Under the pieces are notes generated by a model. That model had not been told where the DNA came from. It did not search any database and was given only the letters and a program-made list of their open reading frames with translations. Below are positions 47,363 through 56,858 of a stretch of 64,000 nucleotides of DNA, piece by piece (position 1 is the stretch's first letter; each line of letters begins with the position of its first letter). The translations under genes were made by a program, and so were the position numbers. Origin of the DNA: an uncultured virus (IMG/VR IMGVR_UViG_3300025168_000066) (Duplodnaviria > Heunggongvirae > Uroviricota > Caudoviricetes); the IMG/VR virus record IMGVR_UViG_3300025168_000066. One strand, written 5' to 3'.

Positions 47363-49845
47363 TATGCTACTTCAAGGTATGTACTATCTGGATTAAAAAA
47401 TATATTCCCATGAGTTCCTCCTAGTAAATATCCTACAAGTCTAACTATGTGTCCAGAAGTACTAGGAACTGTAATAGATAATAAACCATCAGTAGCACTT
47501 ACATATAATGGATTACCATTTGAACCTGGATCATAATCTAAAGTGTATGTGCCTTTTAATAACATACCGTGCGTAGTAGAATTCGTACCTATAGCTATAC
47601 CTAACATACCATTAGCATCAAGTTTTGTATCAGCATTACTTATTGTCCACGTACCATTTTTATAACAATACATTTTACCTCTAACTGTAGTATCATTACC
47701 ATTTCTTATTATATCCCCATAAAAATCATAATGAGTACTGTTTGCTGAAGCTACATATTCTCTAGCTTTAATACTTACAGGCTCGTAGTGAACATTTGGA
47801 CTTGAAAGTGATATTGTGTTTTCTATTTTTACACCCATTCTGTTGTGAGAACTACTTTGACCTATACCAAAAGAATCATCTTCAGCATCATAAGATAAAA
47901 ATCCAGCACCTACTTGACTACCACCATCATCTAAGCCAGCCATTTTTAATTTTATAGGATTACCAGCAGACGTCCCTAGCATTTTTAGACTTACATTACC
48001 TTCGTCACCAGCTCCTTGACCTGTAAGAGTCATAAGAGCAGAGTTACTTTTATTATCTTCTACAATTGAAGCAACATCTGTTGCTAGCTTACCAGCTGTT
48101 AATGTTTCTGTACCTGGATTATAGTTCCAAGCAGAGTGCGCTTTTAAAGCTCTAGCACCTGTTGAACCATCAACAAATACTGGAAAATGTGTTGCAGAAC
48201 CAGTGTCACTAGCTATAGTTGATGTTGCAGCTAACGTAGCAGTTGCAGCATTACCTGTACACGAACCTGATGATCCAGAAGCATTTCCTGTTACATTTCC
48301 TGTCAAGGCGCCAGCAAAGCCAGTAGCCGTTAGTACTCCTGAACTAGAATTAAATGTTAGGTTAGTACCAGACTTAGGTCCTAAATTTCCTGTTGCTGCA
48401 GTAGCAAATAAAACGTTACAAGAAGTATCACTAGACTCATCTGCTACTGTAACAGTAGTTGCAATAGCTGCTGTACCACTAGTGTTTTGATTACCTGCAG
48501 TATTTACACCTGGCAAATTTATTGCAGCTGTACCATTAAAACTTACACCACCTATATCTCTAGCTGTAGCCAAAGCGGTTGCTGTAGCGGCAAGTCCTGT
48601 ACAAGAACCAGAGCTACCAGTTGTGTTAGCGTTAATAACAGCAAACCTATCGTTAATACCTGCTGACGTCATAATATGAGCATCATCATCATCAAATTCA
48701 CCACTGTCATTAACACCAGTAATAGTGTTACCGTCAAATATTATGTTACCATTAGCTTCTATATGCGAGCTAAACAATACTGAACCATCATCTTCAATTG
48801 CTATTGCATCTGTATCAGAAGCAGAACCTATAGTTCCACTGTCAGGAATTACTATTGAATTAGTTGCTGTTATAGTAGTACCAGATATAGTACCTGCAAA
48901 AGTTGCGTTTCCAGTGTTAAATGTATAAGTACCACCAGTACTAAATGTTAATGCAGTACTACTTTTCTCTATAGAATAACTATTACTTACACCATTATCA
49001 AAATGTATTTTACTTCCTGATGTAAGATATAAGTTACCAGTTACACCCGCACCAGCATCGTAAGTTTCTAGCTTAACTGAATCATTGTAGTATAATTTTA
49101 CACCTGCGTTTACGGTTGCTAAAATAGCGTTTTCAGTACCAGTTGTTAAAGTTACTGTTGTTGAGCTAGGCATTTTCAAGTCGTAACCAGAAACACCTAA
49201 GTTAACACCGTAACCTTGATCTAAAGTTATACCACCACTATTTACATCTAAATTACCTGTTATTTCAACTCCAGCGCTTACAGTTCTGAACTTTTGTGCA
49301 CCATTATAGTAAAGATTTACTGAACCATCTGAGCTAGCAATAATCATATTTTCACTATCTGCAGCATTGTTTACTACAAATGCGCTAGCTAATAAAGTTA
49401 AATTACCAGTACCTTGGTCACTTATAAAACTATGACTACCATCGTGGTATATTTGTAAATCTCCACCAGATGCTGAACCTATTTCTAACTTAACATTATC
49501 ACCAAGTATTAAATCACCTGTCATGGTACCACCAGCTTTTGGTAACATTGTATCAACATAAGTTTTGTTTGCTGCATCAGTTCCTGCGCTTACAGTGTCA
49601 ATACCTGTTATTCTACCTGTACCAGTTAAAGCAACTGTATTGGTAAATGTTTTAGCACCCGTAAACGTTTGTGTTGTGGTTAAATGTGCTGTGTCAGAGT
49701 CTAAATAAGCAGATGCAATTACATCACCTTTATAAGCGCAACCAGTTAGATCGCCTGATATATCAGCAGCACCATTGATGTCCAGCGAGGTACCTTGTAC
49801 CTCACCGTCGACATCTAGGTTTGCTTTTATTGCATGTGTAGCCAT
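47362..49845 (-). CDS. Tail fibre protein
   Basis: DAANKTYVD, K.GGTMTG.L, DLQIYHDG, V.LYYN repeats, GSSGSCTG repeats; C-terminal G.LYVS...G...VR.VGY domain. Confidence 0.8.
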   Translation of the reverse strand: MATHAIKANLDVDGEVQGTSLDINGAADISGDLTGCAYKGDVIASAYLDSDTAHLTTTQTFTGAKTFTNTVALTGTGRITGIDTVSAGTDAANKTYVDTMLPKAGGTMTGDLILGDNVKLEIGSASGGDLQIYHDGSHSFISDQGTGNLTLLASAFVVNNAADSENMIIASSDGSVNLYYNGAQKFRTVSAGVEITGNLDVNSGGITLDQGYGVNLGVSGYDLKMPSSTTVTLTTGTENAILATVNAGVKLYYNDSVKLETYDAGAGVTGNLYLTSGSKIHFDNGVSNSYSIEKSSTALTFSTGGTYTFNTGNATFAGTISGTTITATNSIVIPDSGTIGSASDTDAIAIEDDGSVLFSSHIEANGNIIFDGNTITGVNDSGEFDDDDAHIMTSAGINDRFAVINANTTGSSGSCTGLAATATALATARDIGGVSFNGTAAINLPGVNTAGNQNTSGTAAIATTVTVADESSDTSCNVLFATAATGNLGPKSGTNLTFNSSSGVLTATGFAGALTGNVTGNASGSSGSCTGNAATATLAATSTIASDTGSATHFPVFVDGSTGARALKAHSAWNYNPGTETLTAGKLATDVASIVEDNKSNSALMTLTGQGAGDEGNVSLKMLGTSAGNPIKLKMAGLDDGGSQVGAGFLSYDAEDDSFGIGQSSSHNRMGVKIENTISLSSPNVHYEPVSIKAREYVASANSTHYDFYGDIIRNGNDTTVRGKMYCYKNGTWTISNADTKLDANGMLGIAIGTNSTTHGMLLKGTYTLDYDPGSNGNPLYVSATDGLLSITVPSTSGHIVRLVGYLLGGTHGNIFFNPDSTYLEVA

Positions 49846-49866
49846 TTAATTTTTATTTAGTTAAAC

Positions 49867-52338
49867 TTAGTCTACTTTAGTTATTAATACTATAACATCA
49901 TTAGATGCAATAGCTGTATTAGTGTCAATTGTAACATTGTTTGCATCTGTTCTAACTACTTGTGCATAAACAGTTTCATAAGAACTTGCATCATAACATT
50001 GTACAATAACATCTCTTGTTCCTAAATTGTGAGTAATAGTTATATCTAAATCACTACCATCACCAATTGTAGCTTTATGACTTCTTGCAGCTAAACCTAA
50101 AGGTGATACATATCTAGAATCGTCAGTACCAGCTAAAGCTTCAGCAGGTGTAGCTCTTTCAACTTTACCAGCAGCTGTTCTACTTGCAGCATCTACAATA
50201 GCTGTTGCATTACCAGTATCTAGTGTACCTACAGTTGTAATTGCTAAACCGTCAATATCAGATTTACTTTGATCTGCAGTTGCACCGTTTTCTACGTTAA
50301 TCATTGTACGTAAAGAACTTGCAGATATTTCTTCTACAATACCAGCGCCTGAAGAGTCTCTACCTAATACAACGTTTGTAGCTGATACATTTTGCATTTT
50401 AGCATATGTCACCGCGTCAGCAGCAATTGTTAAAGCTCCACCAGCAGCAACAGTTGCGTCAGTACTAATGTTTCCAAATATATCATCTTCTAAGTTAGAA
50501 TATGTAATTTTCTTTACAGCACTTGCACTAGTGTCGTGTACCATAAATATATCATCTTGAGCAAGAGCAGTTAACGCTGCTTGTCCAGATATAATATCAT
50601 CATTAAGCATTGCATGATGTACTGCACCTGAAGCTATAGTTGTAGCTCTGTTAGAAGATGTTATATCTCCAGTAAGATTACCAATAGATGTTACAGTAGC
50701 AGCAGCACCCGTACAAGATCCTGAACTACCACTAGCGTTACCTGTTACATTACCAACAAAACCATCAGCTGCAGTAATTTTACCTGCTGATATATCTGCT
50801 AAGTCATAACCAGTACCACCAGTATTTACAGTTGTACCGGGCTCAGCTTGATTACCATCAAAGAAAGTAAATGGATTACCGTCTGCACTTACATCTCTAA
50901 ATAAACCAGCATACTTTGTTGTTGAACTTTCTACATACTTGTTATAAAAACCAGTATCTACAGAGTCAGCAGAGTTACCGCTAGCTAATTTTATTAAAGG
51001 ATCTTCTACACTTAATGTAGCAGTGTTAACTGTAACAGTATCACCTGATACAAGTAAATCTCCAGTTACTGTTAAGTCATTACCTATTGTTACTACATCA
51101 TTACTATCTCCAATTGTAACTGCGTTAGACCCAAACCCACCAGCTAAAGCTGTTTTTAGATTTGCTACAGACACATCAGCATCTGTATTAGTTGTAAATG
51201 TTAAAGATGACTGTAAAAACGTTGTTAATCTACTAGCGTCCATACGTTTAACAGTACCAGAATCACTAACATCACTAACTAAAAATTCATCAGTAGAAGC
51301 AAGGTTGGCACCTAAATCACCTTGTCCAGAAATAATATCATCGTGTAACATAGCGTGATGAACAGCTGCAGAAGCAATTGTTGTGGCTCTATTACTAGAG
51401 GTTACATCACCAGTTAAATTACCAATACTAGTTACTGTTCCAGAAGATCCTGACACAGTAGTTTGGTCACCGGTGTTGTTACCTGATATAGAAGCATTTG
51501 ATAAAGCGGCACTTAACTGAGCTACAGTAAAAGAACCTAAAACTGCTGCATTACCTGAAGAAGTAATATGTCCTGTAAGGTTAGCATTTGTAGTTACTGT
51601 ATCAGCATTACCAGTTAAATCACCAGTTACATCTCCTGTTAAAGCACCTGCAAAAGCAGTTGCTGTTATTTTTCCTGATGAAGGATTGTAGTGAGTTGTA
51701 CCATCTGTTTCTAATCCTAAATTACCACCATCTAAATCACCCCCAGCAACGAATACAATTGGATTATTCTCATCAGTACTTTCGTTATCTGTAATTGTTA
51801 CTGTTGTTGCTACAGCTGCTACGGATGCAGTATCTGCATTACCCTCTAATGCTCCATCAAATTTTGTAGCTTCAATTTCACCTGAAGCTTTAAACGTAAC
51901 ACCATTACCAGCTCCAACTCTAAACACCATTGTATTGTCTGTACCAAAATTTATTTGGTTATCAGCATCTCTACCTACAACTAAAGCAGTGTTTAATATT
52001 GAATTTGGCACTGTAAGAGCCGTGGGAAGAGTAATTGCATTGGCACTAACACTAATTGCTCCTGTTGTACCAACAACGTTTAAAGTAACAGCACCTGAGC
52101 TACCACCACCAGTTAAACCATCACCAGCAGTAACTGCAGTAATGTCACCAGCTGCTGATGAAAGAGATACCCAGTTGTCTGAGCCTGTGTGAAATTTTAT
52201 TATATTAGAGTTGCTATCATAATATATCTGTCCTTCACCAGCTAAACCAGAAGGATCGGATGTTAAATTTTGAAGTTTAACGTTTGTAAGCTGATTATTA
52301 CTTAAGTTAATATCCGCTATAAATTTTACTTCTGCCAT
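49867..52338 (-). CDS. Tail fibre protein
   Basis: DITAVTAGDGLTGGG, L.V.GDL.V.G...VN...L.VED..I.L, internal repeats, C-terminal ITHNLGTRDV domain. Confidence 0.8.
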   Translation of the reverse strand: MAEVKFIADINLSNNQLTNVKLQNLTSDPSGLAGEGQIYYDSNSNIIKFHTGSDNWVSLSSAAGDITAVTAGDGLTGGGSSGAVTLNVVGTTGAISVSANAITLPTALTVPNSILNTALVVGRDADNQINFGTDNTMVFRVGAGNGVTFKASGEIEATKFDGALEGNADTASVAAVATTVTITDNESTDENNPIVFVAGGDLDGGNLGLETDGTTHYNPSSGKITATAFAGALTGDVTGDLTGNADTVTTNANLTGHITSSGNAAVLGSFTVAQLSAALSNASISGNNTGDQTTVSGSSGTVTSIGNLTGDVTSSNRATTIASAAVHHAMLHDDIISGQGDLGANLASTDEFLVSDVSDSGTVKRMDASRLTTFLQSSLTFTTNTDADVSVANLKTALAGGFGSNAVTIGDSNDVVTIGNDLTVTGDLLVSGDTVTVNTATLSVEDPLIKLASGNSADSVDTGFYNKYVESSTTKYAGLFRDVSADGNPFTFFDGNQAEPGTTVNTGGTGYDLADISAGKITAADGFVGNVTGNASGSSGSCTGAAATVTSIGNLTGDITSSNRATTIASGAVHHAMLNDDIISGQAALTALAQDDIFMVHDTSASAVKKITYSNLEDDIFGNISTDATVAAGGALTIAADAVTYAKMQNVSATNVVLGRDSSGAGIVEEISASSLRTMINVENGATADQSKSDIDGLAITTVGTLDTGNATAIVDAASRTAAGKVERATPAEALAGTDDSRYVSPLGLAARSHKATIGDGSDLDITITHNLGTRDVIVQCYDASSYETVYAQVVRTDANNVTIDTNTAIASNDVIVLITKVD
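50581..51438 (-). repeat. Two-copy ~39-aa internal repeat in the tail fibre (about 50581-50697 and 51322-51438)
   Basis: TVTSIGNLTGD(V/I)TSSNRATTIAS(A/G)AVHHAML(H/N)DDIISGQ occurs twice. Confidence 0.85.
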
Positions 52339-52369
52339 TTTTTTATTTTTTTATGTTTATTATTATTTT

Positions 52370-52615
52370 TTAATTAAAGTATGCCTTCCCTGAGAAAGAG
52401 CCTTGAAAGTCTAATGTAACCTGGTTAACACTATTATACGTTACCTGGCCTATTACGACTTGGTCTGCAGAGTCAACAACTGTTACTGAGGTTTTTTTAC
52501 CTAAATTATGAGTAATAACCCATTGAGAAGCAGGTACACCTTGTGAGTGTACATGATTTGCATCTGTTGTGTAAACATTGTTAGTTAACTTTTGTTGTTT
52601 TATCCACTTTGCCAT
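52370..52615 (-). CDS. Small tail-fibre-associated protein (HNLG domain)
   Basis: QWVITHNLGK...V.VVDS; paralogous to the C-terminus of the adjacent fibre. Confidence 0.65.
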   Translation of the reverse strand: MAKWIKQQKLTNNVYTTDANHVHSQGVPASQWVITHNLGKKTSVTVVDSADQVVIGQVTYNSVNQVTLDFQGSFSGKAYFN

Positions 52616-52616
52616 A

Positions 52617-53078
52617 TTAATCTAAATCTATATATTGTATTGTTACCCCTTCATTTTTTACTGCTTCTGCTATAAGCGGGTAAACTCTCTTATATGCATT
52701 ACTTGAATTTCCTATAAAACCATTTTTATTTACTTGGTTATTTTCTTGACTATCACCCAAAAGTAAACAGCCTGCAGTGTGCTCATCAGTATTGCCAACA
52801 TGAATGAGAATCCACTTAAAATTAGGTACATCAATAATATGCAACATACCCCTATGGATATTAGGATACTTTTTGCTGTACTTTTCATGAAATCCTCCTT
52901 CATTTCTTAGTTTTATATTATACGTTCCTGCAGGTATTCTAGTTTCTGTTCTAATTTTTTCATCTCTATGTTCATCTTCTAAAGTATATGCTAAAAACTT
53001 TATACCATCTGTAGCATCTAGTAATAATCCATTAGTAGAGTCAGACTCACTACTGAATCTTAATACTTGTAATTTCAT
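52617..53078 (-). CDS. DUF5675 family protein, probable endolysin
   Basis: YTLED, IPAGTY, ILIHVGN...TAGCLLLG. Start at MKLQVLR (track start 53117). Confidence 0.75.
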   Translation of the reverse strand: MKLQVLRFSSESDSTNGLLLDATDGIKFLAYTLEDEHRDEKIRTETRIPAGTYNIKLRNEGGFHEKYSKKYPNIHRGMLHIIDVPNFKWILIHVGNTDEHTAGCLLLGDSQENNQVNKNGFIGNSSNAYKRVYPLIAEAVKNEGVTIQYIDLD

Positions 53079-53080
53079 AT

Positions 53081-53443
53081 TTATGCTTTTTTCCAGTACG
53101 CGTATTCTACTGCACAAGTATTAGTATCTGCTCTAGCTTCTAATCCTGCCCCATCGTTTACAGCGAAGAAAGTAAATTCTCCAGGACCTACTCTAGCGTA
53201 TTGAACACTAGCTGTAGTTTGAAGAATAACAAAATTTGTTGGGTCTAAATTTTTAAAGTAAAAATAGAATACTCCACTTGTCCCTTCGTCTACTAATTCT
53301 TGGTTATCAGATGTTGTTATAGCTACTCTAGATAATCCTACACTAGGAGTAGTTGTTGATACAGTATTTGTTACAGTAACATTTAAAGAATCGCTTGAAA
53401 TATTGCTACTAGATAATGTTAATTTTGCTGTTAATGTTGCCAT
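53081..53443 (-). CDS. Small beta-rich structural protein
   Basis: YFKNLD...PGEF.FF...A...VEY pattern; Ser/Thr-rich N-terminus. Confidence 0.55.
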   Translation of the reverse strand: MATLTAKLTLSSSNISSDSLNVTVTNTVSTTTPSVGLSRVAITTSDNQELVDEGTSGVFYFYFKNLDPTNFVILQTTASVQYARVGPGEFTFFAVNDGAGLEARADTNTCAVEYAYWKKA

Positions 53444-53448
53444 GTTTT

Positions 53449-55812
53449 TTAATTTTTTATTATTATTTTTCTATTTACGCTTCCATCATTATATATATAA
53501 AATAGAAGCTGATTTTTAATTTTAGTTACAGGTCTACCTAATAAATCTGTAACTTGTATTAAATTTTTATCTGTCCTTTTAGGTAAAGGTCCTGACCAAT
53601 TATCACCGCAATGATTATATGTTAGTTGGCATATTTCATCCCACTCGTTTTCACAACAATAATTATCTACTTCTATTACCCAAGCATAACATTCATCATT
53701 TAAGAAAAAAGGATTACCAGATCCATTTATACACCAATCTGCTGCGTATAAACAACCTAATGAATCATGTCCTAAAATTACGTTAGCAAACGGATTATAG
53801 TTAAAAGCATCTGCATCCATGCATCCAACAATCGCTTCAATACATGAGCCATTATCTGTGTTAGCGAGTGAATCAAAATTAATAGCCAAAGGATCAGTGC
53901 ACCCATAAATATAAGGAATACAACTAAAATCTTCAGTATTAGCCATTGGATTATAGTTGATACTATTAGGATTAGTACAACCATATATAAAAGGAATACA
54001 AGATCCATTATCAACATTAGCTAAAGAATTAAAATTAAACATTGTACTGTCTGTACATCCATATAGTATTTCTATACAGCTACCATCATTTGTGTTGCAT
54101 GTGTCACAATAGTTAAATTGTGTAGGATTTATACACCCATATATTACAGGTACGCAAGAATTATCATCTACATTAGCATTAGGATTCCAATTAAAAGCTA
54201 ATGTATCAGTACATCCATACACTACCCCTATACAACTACCATCATCTATATTTGCTAATGAATCGTAATTAAGAGCTAATTGGCTCATACATCCATAAAC
54301 TATAGCAATACATGTATCTGCAGTGTTAGCATTTGGATTATAATTAAATGCTAAAGGCTGCATACATCCAGTTACAATTGCTATACAAGAACCATTAAGT
54401 TCAGTGTTTGCTAATGGATTGTAATTAAAAGCTAAACTGTCCATACATCCTAATACTACTAAAGTGCTGCATGATCCGTCGTCATAGTCATAATTACTAT
54501 TATATTCTAAATATACAGGGTTAGTACACCCTGGATTATAATAACAACTAACATCATCTGTATTAGCTAAGCTATCATAATTAATTGCTGTTGGATATGT
54601 ACACCCATAAACTATTTCTATACATTCATTACCACAATTTGTTATTAAAGGGTACATTAAACTTGGTGTAATAAAAGGAGGCATAATACTAATTAAAGTA
54701 TCTCCGTCTGGATTAATCATAGTAAATCCACATTCTATTGTTGTAAATTGTGCTAAAGGATCTATATTAAATACAAAAGCTATTGGATCTGGTGCTGTTA
54801 TACCTACTTGATATTGATCAACAAATCCACCAGTGTGTGTAAAATCATAAAATGTGTCAGGTAACAATAATCTTAAATTAGATCCTACCCAACCATTACC
54901 CATAAGATCATGTAGTATAAGAGTAAACTCACAAGTATCTACCATGTCCATTGTATTAGCTAATGGATCAAAGTTATACATTGTTGTATCTGTACATCCA
55001 AATACTTTTAGTGTAACACAACTACTATCATCAACAGTAGCCCAATAGTTAAATTCTAAATAATCATTATCTGTACACCCTAATATAGGTGGGCATGAGT
55101 CAGAAACAAAAGAGTGTGTACTATCAAGCCCAAAAGCTGGGTCTGTACCATATATTAGTGTATCATTACATTGCTTTACAAAATAAGAGCCATCGTTACC
55201 TTGCCACAAAGAGCCTTGTAATCCGTCTCCATATATATCATTAATTGTAAAAAATAAAGGTCCTTTAGGTATCCAAACTGTTTCTTCTATAGTAGAATAA
55301 ATAGGTTGTGTGCCATATCCTGATCCTGATGCGTGTACAGTACCATTTGAATCTGATATATTCCAAGAAGTTTCTGAAGGATATTGATCTAAGTTAATTA
55401 TAACTTTAGCAGATACTAATTGTGGTGGTGCTGGTGGTGGACATGGATATATTGTTACAGTAGTATCTCTTTGAAAAAATGAACCTACTACAGGATTCCA
55501 ATCTATTATAAGCCCTTGACATGTATTACCCATTCTAAAAGAAGCTGGTTGAGATGACATCCATCCGTCTCCAAAACTATCTCTTAAACTTATAGTATAA
55601 CTACCACTATTAATAGCTAGAATAGTATCTAAGTATTCATACTGAGTAGTTGGTTGAAAAAACATAGAAGTATCTCCATAAGCATTAGACACCATAAAAA
55701 AGTTAGACTCTGTTGGTGCATAGAAATCAAATTGCACTTCAAATCTAACCCAAGAATCTTGACTAAGTAATACCGTTGGTAATAATAATAATACTAATAA
55801 TAACTTTTTCAT
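53449..55812 (-). CDS. Exported Cys-repeat protein with T9SS-like C-terminal sorting domain
   Basis: Signal peptide MKKLLLVLLLLPTVLLS|Q; three D..G(D/N)G(W/L) beta-domains; 13 GC(T/M/I)...N(Y/F).P.AN.DDGSC-type repeats; C-terminus LIQVTDLLGRP...LFYIYNDGSVNRKII. Confidence 0.75.
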   Translation of the reverse strand: MKKLLLVLLLLPTVLLSQDSWVRFEVQFDFYAPTESNFFMVSNAYGDTSMFFQPTTQYEYLDTILAINSGSYTISLRDSFGDGWMSSQPASFRMGNTCQGLIIDWNPVVGSFFQRDTTVTIYPCPPPAPPQLVSAKVIINLDQYPSETSWNISDSNGTVHASGSGYGTQPIYSTIEETVWIPKGPLFFTINDIYGDGLQGSLWQGNDGSYFVKQCNDTLIYGTDPAFGLDSTHSFVSDSCPPILGCTDNDYLEFNYWATVDDSSCVTLKVFGCTDTTMYNFDPLANTMDMVDTCEFTLILHDLMGNGWVGSNLRLLLPDTFYDFTHTGGFVDQYQVGITAPDPIAFVFNIDPLAQFTTIECGFTMINPDGDTLISIMPPFITPSLMYPLITNCGNECIEIVYGCTYPTAINYDSLANTDDVSCYYNPGCTNPVYLEYNSNYDYDDGSCSTLVVLGCMDSLAFNYNPLANTELNGSCIAIVTGCMQPLAFNYNPNANTADTCIAIVYGCMSQLALNYDSLANIDDGSCIGVVYGCTDTLAFNWNPNANVDDNSCVPVIYGCINPTQFNYCDTCNTNDGSCIEILYGCTDSTMFNFNSLANVDNGSCIPFIYGCTNPNSINYNPMANTEDFSCIPYIYGCTDPLAINFDSLANTDNGSCIEAIVGCMDADAFNYNPFANVILGHDSLGCLYAADWCINGSGNPFFLNDECYAWVIEVDNYCCENEWDEICQLTYNHCGDNWSGPLPKRTDKNLIQVTDLLGRPVTKIKNQLLFYIYNDGSVNRKIIIKN

Positions 55813-55949
55813 TTAATTTTAAATTTATTGTCTACCCAACATTTATAATAATACAATCCCATTATTAAACCAACAGCTATTGCGCCATCAATCCAATTAG
55901 CTAATTCTTTATAGCCTTGTTTTTGCCATATGTCTCCTAATACTTCCAT
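55809..55949 (-). CDS. Small membrane protein (46 aa; not in ORF track)
   Basis: MEVLGDIWQKQGYKELANWIDGAIAVGLIMGLYYYKCWVDNKFKIK*; TAATG and ATGA overlaps on both sides; one TM helix. Confidence 0.65.
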   Translation of the reverse strand: MEVLGDIWQKQGYKELANWIDGAIAVGLIMGLYYYKCWVDNKFKIK

Positions 55950-56308
55950 TAAAAATCTGACATTATTTCTTCATTAATAATATTTTGTAGCTCTTTTCTA
56001 GTTGCAAGCATTTTAAAACTAAGATCTGCTTGAAATCTTTTTATTTCTTCTCCGTCTTTAAAAATAATAATAGTAGGTACTATAACTATTTTATGTTTTT
56101 GTTGCAGTTTTATTTCTTTTGTTATATCAACTTTTGCAATGTCACAATCAGATAATTTTACTAGCCATTCAACTTGATTTGCATTATTCCATTCTGCATT
56201 AAATTCTGTAACAACTATTTGTGAACTTACTGTACCCGCCCACATTACAAAAAGTACTATAAGCAAATAAATACTAAATACTTTCCAAGTTGTTTCTGTG
56301 TTTTCCAT
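55949..56308 (-). CDS. Exported thioredoxin-fold protein lacking CxxC
   Basis: Signal/TM ending VSS|Q; VVTEFNAEWNNAN in place of F.A.WC..C; KVDI, VPTIIIFKDGEE (cis-Pro loop). Confidence 0.7.
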   Translation of the reverse strand: MENTETTWKVFSIYLLIVLFVMWAGTVSSQIVVTEFNAEWNNANQVEWLVKLSDCDIAKVDITKEIKLQQKHKIVIVPTIIIFKDGEEIKRFQADLSFKMLATRKELQNIINEEIMSDF

Positions 56309-56589
56309 TATCTGTTATATAATTTGTCTTCTATTTTTTCTATTGCTTTTAATATTTCTTCTACATCTTTCTGTGTAGTCATAATTGTATTACGAATCAT
56401 TTGATCTTTCATATCAAACTCCATTCTTGTTACATCAGGTGGTGGAGGTTGAGGAAGTTTTTTTGCTTCGTTTATATCTGCTTGCAATGTAAACCACATA
56501 CCAACTAAGGTAGCTATTAAGAAGGCTACTCCTCCTAATGTCTTTAGGCTTAATTGTACTGCTGTATTTTCGCTTAATTCCTTTGCCAT
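56308..56589 (-). CDS. Single-TM coiled-coil protein
   Basis: TM helix LGGVAFLIATLVGMWF, Pro-rich linker PQPPPP, C-terminal heptads. Confidence 0.65.
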   Translation of the reverse strand: MAKELSENTAVQLSLKTLGGVAFLIATLVGMWFTLQADINEAKKLPQPPPPDVTRMEFDMKDQMIRNTIMTTQKDVEEILKAIEKIEDKLYNR

Positions 56590-56759
56590 TATAATTCAAA
56601 TCCTAAATTACAAACCATTAGTCTAAATCTTTTTGCTGTACAGTTGTCATCACAAAATAAACATGCTTTTACTTCTAATATAGTAAAAGTACCAAGCCTA
56701 ATATTTAATTCATATTTTTGTTTTTTATTCCCTGCTGAAAATCCATTTATCCAATTCAT
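56589..56759 (-). CDS. Small Cys-containing protein (56 aa; not in ORF track)
   Basis: MNWINGFSAGNKKQKYELNIRLGTFTILEVKACLFCDDNCTAKRFRLMVCNLGFEL*; overlaps both neighbours by 1-4 nt. Confidence 0.6.
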   Translation of the reverse strand: MNWINGFSAGNKKQKYELNIRLGTFTILEVKACLFCDDNCTAKRFRLMVCNLGFEL

Positions 56760-56848
56760 TTTATTTCTGTTTTTAGTGTTTTACTTGAATGAGAACCATC
56801 ACAGTTTCCATCTTTGTCTTTTGTTTTACCACATGCACATTTATTCAT
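56756..56848 (-). CDS. Minimal CDGSH iron-sulfur (NEET-type) peptide (30 aa; not in ORF track)
   Basis: MNKCACGKTKDKDGNCDGSHSSKTLKTEIK*: C-x-C-x2-T...C-D-G-S-H; A-rich leader; ATGA overlap with the next ORF. Confidence 0.75.
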   Translation of the reverse strand: MNKCACGKTKDKDGNCDGSHSSKTLKTEIK

Positions 56849-56858
56849 TTTTTTGTTT

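Noticed and set aside
53800..54610. Cys-rich ~78-nt tandem repeats as a CRISPR-like or non-coding repeat
   Set aside because: Conserved only at protein level inside an open frame; DNA copies are divergent.
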